The position numbers and the translations under genes are program-made. The notes under the pieces were generated by a model. That model did not search any database and was not told where the DNA came from. It saw only the letters and a program-made list of their open reading frames with translations. From an uncultured Methanosarcinales archaeon (GTDB lineage: Archaea; Nanobdellota; Nanobdellia; Woesearchaeales; CAZYIM01): a DNA stretch of 54,738 nt. Below, piece after piece: positions 47,677 through 54,738 of this stretch (positions are counted from its first letter, which is position 1; every line of letters starts with the position of its first letter). Location: NCBI GenBank assembly GCA_964647565.1, contig CAZYIM010000017.1, forward strand, positions 1-54,738. The letters run 5' to 3'.

Positions 47677-48656
47677 TTTACATTAAAAAGGGTTCTGATC
47701 ATTGATCTTAGATTCAGATCAAATATGAAATTCAGCTCTGTCAATGAATCACTGACACATCTGGTGCACTTTACCTCAGGTAAGCTAAGGAAGGCTGACT
47801 TAAAATTATTTTCCAACTTTACCATGCCTGACTTAGTTTCTTCCATACAACCACAATGGAACATTGTTCTATCACAATTTAATCTACAGAAGAGTTTGCC
47901 TGCAAAACATTTTATCTTTTTGTTGTTTATGTAGTCTGATCTGAAATAATCCAGGTTCTTTTTTGAATTTGAGATGTATTTCCTGTATTTCTTATTTTTT
48001 AGAAGCTGGCCGAAAAATTGTGAAAATTCTTCTTTAGATGGGATATTGTGTGTTATATTTTCTTCCCTACCAACAACATTAATAAGAGGTGAAAAATCAA
48101 TAGGGGCATTGTATTTCTTTGCAGTTTTAAGAAGAAATTCTATCTGATTTAAGTTCATCTTTGATACTGTGGTGTTGAATCCCATGTTTATCTTATTTTT
48201 TTTACAGAACTCTGCAGCTTCAATAGTTTTCTTAAATGCGCCTTTACCGCGTAATGTATCTTGAATTTCCTTAACTCCATCCAGACTAAGTTTTATTTTT
48301 CCAATCCCTTTAAGACTATCTTTTTTTTGTATTAAAAAGGTTCCATTAGTCTTTACAACCACATAGATATTCTTCTTGATGATATATTGCAGGATCTGTT
48401 CAAAGTCTTCTCTTGCCCAGGGTTCTCCTCCATTAATTGAGATGACTGCAGTTCCTAATCTGTTAAGTTCATCAATGATTTTTAATATTGTGGCCTTATT
48501 CATCTCTTTTTCCATGAATTTATATGACTTACAATAAGGACATTTTAAGTTGCACCTATCTGTTATCTTTATATCCACATAAAGAGGTGTCTTAATGCCA
48601 AATAGATGATAAGCAGTCAGTGCTTTTATTATTTTAATTCTGGTGGTCAGTCTCAT
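47673..48656 (-). CDS. Radical SAM protein, short Cys-rich C-terminus
   Basis: CNLKCPYC, GGEP, TNG, SLDG; CFAGKLFC...HCGC...CTRC. Confidence 0.92.
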   Translation of the reverse strand: MRLTTRIKIIKALTAYHLFGIKTPLYVDIKITDRCNLKCPYCKSYKFMEKEMNKATILKIIDELNRLGTAVISINGGEPWAREDFEQILQYIIKKNIYVVVKTNGTFLIQKKDSLKGIGKIKLSLDGVKEIQDTLRGKGAFKKTIEAAEFCKKNKINMGFNTTVSKMNLNQIEFLLKTAKKYNAPIDFSPLINVVGREENITHNIPSKEEFSQFFGQLLKNKKYRKYISNSKKNLDYFRSDYINNKKIKCFAGKLFCRLNCDRTMFHCGCMEETKSGMVKLENNFKSAFLSLPEVKCTRCVSDSLTELNFIFDLNLRSMIRTLFNVK

Positions 48657-48667
48657 TTTCTCATAAT

Positions 48668-50095
48668 TTATTTCTTGAAATATTTTCGCGTATTTAAAGC
48701 TAGTGTTAGTCCATCCTTAAGGCCAAACTCCTCGTATTTAAGGGAAAAAAGAAAATAACTAAGCTTGAAAATTTCGTGATAAATCCTTCCAAAAGGGAGT
48801 CTTATCAGCATCTTAACCAATGGGATGATGATTGGCATACTTACACAAAGGCTGAAAAATTTATGGAGATTCATTATTTCTTTTTTGTTCTTAAGTTTTA
48901 CCCAGTTTGATATGAAAAAACCTCTTTCAAACGCATTGATGTCAAAATGGGATTCGATAAGATTATTTTCAATTACATACTTAGCGATCTCTGTTTTTGG
49001 ATATGGCTGGAGTATATGTGCGTGTGCAAAGTCTGTATTTATCCGTATATTGAACTTAATAGTATTAAAGACATCTTCCAGCGTCTCATTTGGGCTTCCT
49101 ATGAGATTGTAGGTCTTGAGCTTGATCTTTTGTTGTTTTATTGCTTTGGCCGCTGTAACAATTTCCTGGTTTGATAGCTGTTTTTTTAGGATTTGGTTGC
49201 GTATATGTTCGTTAGCTGACTCGATTCCTATCTTAGCAGTAAAACATCCCGCCATTTTCAATGCTTTTGCTATTTCACTATTCATCTTGTCAGCCCTCAG
49301 GGCACATGAAAAAGGAATCTTTATCTCTTTGGAATATATTTTGCAGAATCTGATTATCCAATCTTTATCATGGTTCAAGGCATCGTCTTCAAATATTATC
49401 CTTTTCATGTAGGGATCTTGTTTTCTTAGTTGCTTGATCTCATTAATAACATTCTCAACAGAGCGTTTCCGTACATATTTACCTCTTCCAGAATACATCT
49501 TTTTTAGACCCTTATTAAAACAGAATGCGCAATTATAGGGGCATCCCCTGCCAGTTACAATAACCTTAAGTCTTTGTTTTCTAAAAAAGTCATATTTGTT
49601 ATATAGCTGTCTGTCTGGGAATGGCAGCCGGTCGAGATCGTCTATCAAGGATCTTAAGGCATTCTTGAAAACCTTCTCTTTTTTTCCAATCCTTTTTTTG
49701 ATCCACAGGTTTTGAATATTTGTAATGTCTTTTCTTTTTTGAAGAGTATCTGAAAGATCAAGCAATGCATAATCAGATTCCCCTCTTGAGATTATGTCAA
49801 TTCCTTTTTCATTTAGGATTTCTGGAAAGAAGGTTGGATGTGGCCCGCCAATGAGGGTTATGACAGGAATCTTTTTCTTAATTTTTCTTGCTGTCTTAAT
49901 AACCCAATCCTGTCCGCCTGTTGTGCAGGAGAATGCTATGATGTCTGGATTGATACTGCAGGTCTTTAAAATTAAATCTTTTTCGAGACACTCTACGAGA
50001 ATTTTACATTCATGGCCCTTTTCTTTTAGAATTGCTGACAGATACATAAAGCCCATCTTGACAAACATGTCCTGCTGGATGAATAAGATTTTCAT
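48668..50095 (-). CDS. Cobalamin-binding radical SAM protein
   Basis: MGFMYLSA, IGGPHPT, RGCPYNCAFC, GIES, LIGSPNET. Confidence 0.93.
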   Translation of the reverse strand: MKILFIQQDMFVKMGFMYLSAILKEKGHECKILVECLEKDLILKTCSINPDIIAFSCTTGGQDWVIKTARKIKKKIPVITLIGGPHPTFFPEILNEKGIDIISRGESDYALLDLSDTLQKRKDITNIQNLWIKKRIGKKEKVFKNALRSLIDDLDRLPFPDRQLYNKYDFFRKQRLKVIVTGRGCPYNCAFCFNKGLKKMYSGRGKYVRKRSVENVINEIKQLRKQDPYMKRIIFEDDALNHDKDWIIRFCKIYSKEIKIPFSCALRADKMNSEIAKALKMAGCFTAKIGIESANEHIRNQILKKQLSNQEIVTAAKAIKQQKIKLKTYNLIGSPNETLEDVFNTIKFNIRINTDFAHAHILQPYPKTEIAKYVIENNLIESHFDINAFERGFFISNWVKLKNKKEIMNLHKFFSLCVSMPIIIPLVKMLIRLPFGRIYHEIFKLSYFLFSLKYEEFGLKDGLTLALNTRKYFKK

Positions 50096-50103
50096 TTTGT
50101 TTC

Positions 50104-51078
50104 TTAAATTACTTTTTCATCTAAGAGAAAATTATAAAGCAATTGAGCAAATAACCTGTGTCCTTCTACATTCGGATGTCCATCAACTCCCGGTTCAGGG
50201 AAGTTATGAATAGCAAGATCTTCACATCTATTACTAATGAGTTCATTTAGGTCTTGTGAAAAATCAGAATAGACGAAATCTTCTTTGAGGACAGTTACTT
50301 GATTATAAAATATGGGGGTTCTGCATTTATCACCGTGTAGATCTGGCAACAAGAAAACATAAAACTGGATCTCTTTTTGAACAGCTGAATTATACATTTC
50401 AAAAAGCATATCTTCACTTTTATCCTTGTTTTCTATGATATAATCTATATCTGCATCTCCTCTTTTTATTTTTTTATTAAAGATTTGTAAGTTGATATAT
50501 TTCCCAATTTTAAATCTTGTTAAGAATTCATTAAATGGGATGTTGAGTAGATCAGGGATTTCTGCATTGTAATATGTGATGATATAATTGTCCTTTGTTT
50601 TCCTTATTTTGTATTGATCAAAGTCATTAGTCATTAATCCAAAAATGATGATATCAGGATCATATTGGATAACTGTCTTGTATAGTTTATTTACTTGCTG
50701 GAGATTATATCCATTGATGCCCGCGTTTATAACCCTGAACTTATTGCCTTTATTTTTTGTATTAAGTAATCCTTCTAGGAAATGGGCATAGGTTTCATTT
50801 CTCTTAACTCCTAGTCCATAAGTGAACGAATCTCCAATAACCACTATATTGATTTCTTCATTTGATATTTTATCCATATTTTGTTGAATTTTTTTTTGGG
50901 AATGTACATATATGGGGATTCTTTCATCAAATATGATGTCATTCCTATCAATTATTGATTTGTCAGAACTATTTGGAGCGGGTGCTATAATCTCGAATAA
51001 AAATAATGAAAATAAAATAATGAGTATAGGCATACTGATTTTTAACCAAAATAATTTTTTTTTCGTTTTTTTCTTCAT
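50104..51078 (-). CDS. SGNH/GDSL hydrolase family protein, membrane anchored
   Basis: N-terminal TM; VIGDSFTYG, NAGINGYN, TND, DGHPN; paralog of 10248..11297. Confidence 0.88.
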   Translation of the reverse strand: MKKKTKKKLFWLKISMPILIILFSLFLFEIIAPAPNSSDKSIIDRNDIIFDERIPIYVHSQKKIQQNMDKISNEEINIVVIGDSFTYGLGVKRNETYAHFLEGLLNTKNKGNKFRVINAGINGYNLQQVNKLYKTVIQYDPDIIIFGLMTNDFDQYKIRKTKDNYIITYYNAEIPDLLNIPFNEFLTRFKIGKYINLQIFNKKIKRGDADIDYIIENKDKSEDMLFEMYNSAVQKEIQFYVFLLPDLHGDKCRTPIFYNQVTVLKEDFVYSDFSQDLNELISNRCEDLAIHNFPEPGVDGHPNVEGHRLFAQLLYNFLLDEKVI

Positions 51079-51102
51079 CTTTATTTTGGATCGAATTGAT
51101 TG

Positions 51103-52491
51103 TTAGAATCTAAATGTGTTTAATTTTTTCCATATAGGTTTCTTCTTTTTTGGAGGTTTTTTCCCGCTCTTAAGATAGTAGAGTTGTTCTTTCAATTCAA
51201 GGTTCTCCCGGAAGAGATTGATTAAAGTTGTGTGGACTTTCTCATACTGGGCATATTCTTTCAGGCTTTTTCTTACTAGGCACATGTCTCCTATTACATT
51301 AGGCCTGCACATATGACAGTAATCGGGCAAATTTTTCTCTAGGAACATGGCTCTGGTCTTTTCGAGATTAGGACCAAACCATATATCCTTAAGGCTTTTG
51401 TCCTTAATATTATCTTGACTGTCTTTGCACTCTCCACAGTGTACAGCAACTCCTTCTGCAGTGATCATGAGATAGAACCAAGGATAATAACAGGGTATGT
51501 CTGAGATATCTTCCAGGGATTTTTCTTTTAAGGCAGGTTCCTTGACATTGAAGACCTTGAATTTCTTGGTCTGTATAGTCTTTTGCCGCTTGACATTTTT
51601 CTTGATCACTTCCTTGATATCACTTGTCTTTTCCACGAGTTCTTTGTTGAACTCCTTTTTTTCATCTTCCCCTTCCATACAGCTGATAAATGTGGCGATG
51701 TTGAGTTTTCTTGCTAAGCTCTCAGTCTTTCTTATGATACCTGGCAACTGATGGAGCTCTTTTGAAGTAAGTTTGATATTTTGTCCAAGTTCGCTATGTA
51801 TTATCATGGGCTCGATAAAGATAGCGTCGGCACCTAATTGGCTTGCCATTTTTATCATATCTGGTAAGGTCTTATAGTTCAATGAATTCAAAACCATATT
51901 GATCGTGATTGCAGGTCTATCATCGCCATATTTATCCCGGAATTTCCTGAGCTGACTAACCATTCTAGTGGCTTTATCAAAAGTGCCAGGTATTCTTCTT
52001 ATTTTGTCATGAATATCTGCTGTAGGGGCATCAATGCTGACGCCAATTGAATCCCAGCCAATAAGTACTAATGTTTTCAGATCATTGTCTGTCCAAAGGG
52101 TTCCATTGGTTGTAAGTTCGCCGAATATGTTCTGCTGTTTTATCGTCTTTAACAGTCTCATGGTTGATTTAGGTGTACACATAGGTTCGCCAATACCCGC
52201 AATATTCCATGCTTTGACTTTCATCTTGCCAGACTCCCTTGCTATCTCGAGCCATCTCTTGGCAGATACTTCAACCAATTTAGAATGCTCATTGATGTCG
52301 TGTTTTGCCTGCCTTCTGATACAATGGATACAGTTAAGATTACATCTCCTATGAAGCTCTGCATCGATTCTTATGGGTGGGAGTCTTTCACCATTTAGCC
52401 ATCGTTGCATCCTTAGAGAGTAGTCTCTAATCCAGAGCTCTTTTTTAAAGAGCATTACCTTTGATATAGGGTTGGGTTTTTCAAGCTCCAT
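51103..52491 (-). CDS. Radical SAM protein with Twitch/SPASM-like domain and coiled-coil/basic tail
   Basis: CNLNCIHC, GEP, TNG; CYYPW-x-VHC...CHMC; C-terminal extension. Confidence 0.92.
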   Translation of the reverse strand: MELEKPNPISKVMLFKKELWIRDYSLRMQRWLNGERLPPIRIDAELHRRCNLNCIHCIRRQAKHDINEHSKLVEVSAKRWLEIARESGKMKVKAWNIAGIGEPMCTPKSTMRLLKTIKQQNIFGELTTNGTLWTDNDLKTLVLIGWDSIGVSIDAPTADIHDKIRRIPGTFDKATRMVSQLRKFRDKYGDDRPAITINMVLNSLNYKTLPDMIKMASQLGADAIFIEPMIIHSELGQNIKLTSKELHQLPGIIRKTESLARKLNIATFISCMEGEDEKKEFNKELVEKTSDIKEVIKKNVKRQKTIQTKKFKVFNVKEPALKEKSLEDISDIPCYYPWFYLMITAEGVAVHCGECKDSQDNIKDKSLKDIWFGPNLEKTRAMFLEKNLPDYCHMCRPNVIGDMCLVRKSLKEYAQYEKVHTTLINLFRENLELKEQLYYLKSGKKPPKKKKPIWKKLNTFRF

Positions 52492-53659
52492 TTTCTTTCT
52501 GTCTTTTTAAAAAATCTAAATAGATCTTCATATCCTGCTTTAGTTCAGCTGTCATATCCAGTAGGCCGCATGCTGAGCATTTTTCAGTTGGCTTGTTCTC
52601 AATTATCATTTTCCTAATCTTTTTAAAAAAGGATCCATACCAGATCTGCTCAAAACCCTGCCGAATGTTATTCTCTGGTTTTCCATCACCAGCAGCACAG
52701 CAATAGTTGACATTACCCAGCGGATCAATGAACATCGAATAAAATGGTTCGTAACATAAAGGACTTAGGAACTTTTCCTGGTTTTTTTCAATCGTTGATT
52801 CTTCTTCCTCGTTCTCCTCTTTTTCATTTCTTTGTTCTGTTTCTTCTATCATGCTGACATTGAGATACATATCTGATTTTGAAGCTATTTTTTGGGCTTC
52901 TTTAATTTGTTCGAGCATTATTTTCTCCTGATTTTTATTCAGTTTGAGATGCTGCATTCTGTCACGGGTTTCTTCATACTCCCTCATAGGATGTAGAGCC
53001 AGTTCACTAACTCCATTTTTTATTGCAAACTTTACAATATCAATTATTTGATCAAAGTTCTTATTGCTTAAGACAGTGTTCATCTGTACTAAGGGCTTAT
53101 CTGTCTTGTTCTTCTTTTTCAAATCCTGCAGCAGTTTGAGGTGTTTTGAAGCATCTTGGAATGCTCCTTTGGTTCCCCGCACATAATTATGTGTTTTGGC
53201 TTTACAAGAATCAATACTGACAAGAATACGGTCAAGTCTGCATTTTACAAGCATCATTAACGTATTCTTATCTGGTAAAGTAAGATTGGTGATGATTTCA
53301 CAGATGTTAGTCTTATCATGATTTTTTATCATCCTAATCATGTTTAAGGTAAGCTCTTTTCGGACAAAGGGTTCTCCTCCTCCGAGTATATAGAATTCCT
53401 TTGCGCCCATATCTAATGCATCTCTGACTAGTAAACACCAGTCTATATCTTTAAGCTCTTCCTCTTCCTTGAATCTTCCAACCTCTCTAGCATATGAATT
53501 TGGACAGCAGTAACATTTTAAATTGCACCTATTAGTGGGCACCATAACTATCTTGAATGGCGGTTGAGGGTTATTATCCAGCCAATTATAGATTCTTAAT
53601 ATCTTTTCTGAATGATTTTCATTGTTGTAGCGGAATAAACTTTTTGGAGGTCTAATCAT
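52481..53659 (-). CDS. Radical SAM protein with Twitch/SPASM-like domain
   Basis: CNLKCYCC, GGGEP; CYEPF-x-NYCC...CSAC; ATG 53659 (track start 53665 is TTG). Confidence 0.93.
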   Translation of the reverse strand: MIRPPKSLFRYNNENHSEKILRIYNWLDNNPQPPFKIVMVPTNRCNLKCYCCPNSYAREVGRFKEEEELKDIDWCLLVRDALDMGAKEFYILGGGEPFVRKELTLNMIRMIKNHDKTNICEIITNLTLPDKNTLMMLVKCRLDRILVSIDSCKAKTHNYVRGTKGAFQDASKHLKLLQDLKKKNKTDKPLVQMNTVLSNKNFDQIIDIVKFAIKNGVSELALHPMREYEETRDRMQHLKLNKNQEKIMLEQIKEAQKIASKSDMYLNVSMIEETEQRNEKEENEEEESTIEKNQEKFLSPLCYEPFYSMFIDPLGNVNYCCAAGDGKPENNIRQGFEQIWYGSFFKKIRKMIIENKPTEKCSACGLLDMTAELKQDMKIYLDFLKRQKENGA

Positions 53660-54728
53660 TTTCAAGAGCCTCCCTAAGTTCTCTATTTTCGTCTATCATC
53701 AAAGTACAGCATCTCTGGCAGGCCTCTGGCAGGTCCCAATTCTTCATTCTTTTTCTTAAATCCTTCATTTTTTTACTGTTCCACATGTATTCAAGGGTCT
53801 TATCTTTAACATTGCCGAGCTCTAATGATGGGTGGTTGGCTGCTGCTGCACAAGGAGTGACGTTACCCTCACTACTGACACAGAGTCCAATCCACGGATA
53901 ATAACATGCAATCTTACCTTTGTTTTTAGGTTCTTGCTTTTCAGCTAATATGATATCCTTGGCTTGGTCAGATCTTGAATGAGAATAATCTTTCTTTATG
54001 CTATCAATATTTGTATGAACTTCTAGTTTTTTTGCGAGCTCTTCAGCATTATCAAGTACAATCATTACTTTCTTATTATTGGTGATCTGAAGAACTTTAG
54101 ATTCCTTTGTGAAGGGGATTAAGGGTAATATATTGAGCTTACCAATCCCTTTTTGTTTACAGATTTCCACTATTTCTGGGAGTTCTCTGAAATTAATTTT
54201 GCACATTACAAAATTGAGCTCAACATCTGGCAACCTTTTGCCCTTAGCGTGCTTAATATTGTTAATTTCTGTCATCGCATTGAAGGTCTTATCAAATGAA
54301 CCTTTAATACCTCTGAGCTTGTCATGAGTTTGTGCTTTTGCTCCATCTAGGCTAAAAGCCAGATTGTTCCATTCCATCTCTACAAGTTCATTTAATTCAG
54401 CAGTGTTAAGTAGAGTTCCATTAGTGACCATACTGGTGCCCATCCGATGTTTCTTTGATTTCTTGAATATTTTCATAGCATCTCTACGCATGAACGGTTC
54501 TCCTCCGAGCACTCCAAAATTTATGGTGTGCATCTTAGCTGCAGAGTCAAGCAAATCAAGCATTTTCTCGGTAGGAACCTCTTTTTTTGCACTCTCTTTA
54601 GATTTTTGTGGAAACTGGCAGAATACACATTTGAGGTTGCATCTGTTAGTCAGAAATACATCTAGCTTAAAAGGACCTTTGTTGTTATTTAGGTTTTCTC
54701 TGACTCTATCTATGAAATCTTTTCTCAT
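53652..54728 (-). CDS. Radical SAM protein with Twitch/SPASM-like domain
   Basis: CNLKCVFC, GGEP, TNG, SLDG; CYYPW-x-TPC...CQRCC. Confidence 0.93.
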   Translation of the reverse strand: MRKDFIDRVRENLNNNKGPFKLDVFLTNRCNLKCVFCQFPQKSKESAKKEVPTEKMLDLLDSAAKMHTINFGVLGGEPFMRRDAMKIFKKSKKHRMGTSMVTNGTLLNTAELNELVEMEWNNLAFSLDGAKAQTHDKLRGIKGSFDKTFNAMTEINNIKHAKGKRLPDVELNFVMCKINFRELPEIVEICKQKGIGKLNILPLIPFTKESKVLQITNNKKVMIVLDNAEELAKKLEVHTNIDSIKKDYSHSRSDQAKDIILAEKQEPKNKGKIACYYPWIGLCVSSEGNVTPCAAAANHPSLELGNVKDKTLEYMWNSKKMKDLRKRMKNWDLPEACQRCCTLMIDENRELREALEND

Positions 54729-54738
54729 CTTCTAAGAG

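Noticed and set aside
277..51075. Numerous A/T homopolymers of 8-10 nt as phase-variation sites
   Set aside because: Expected in AT-rich, Lys-rich coding DNA; only the run at 2156-2162 coincides with a broken frame
134..54735. Many 60-160 aa ORFs antisense to or overlapping the long genes (e.g. 1425..1907, 9067..9462, 20621..21013, 29222..29677, 54364..54735)
   Set aside because: Shadow frames of well-supported genes, with no motifs or start signals
1..54738. tRNA, rRNA, CRISPR array, transposase or integrase
   Set aside because: None recognised; intergenic gaps are short and lack such structure (by eye, without tRNAscan or Infernal)

Overview
A 54.7 kb, AT-rich, gene-dense window, probably from an archaeon: TATA/BRE-like boxes lie about 22-23 nt upstream of several start codons and GGTGG-type ribosome-binding sites are present. 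A DPANN/Woesearchaeota-like origin is inferred, not shown. The window is one large tailoring-enzyme cluster that runs off both ends. By my count it holds 23 radical SAM genes (22 complete plus one 5'-truncated): 10 with an N-terminal cobalamin-binding domain and 13 without, 11 of which share a short C-x17-C...C-x2/3-C Twitch/SPASM-like tail. Interspersed are 3 GT39/ArnT-like membrane glycosyltransferases, a GT2, a flippase-like (LPG synthase TM) protein, 2 membrane-anchored SGNH hydrolases, 3 alkaline-phosphatase-superfamily enzymes (one frameshifted), 2 asparagine-synthase-like proteins lacking Cys1, 3 aldo/keto reductase-ferredoxin fusions (one with four ~148-aa TPR-like repeats), a polysaccharide deacetylase that looks circularly permuted, and several small membrane proteins. 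The best reading is a radical-chemistry assembly line that modifies a surface glycan or glycolipid. No rRNA, tRNA, CRISPR array or mobile element was recognised.
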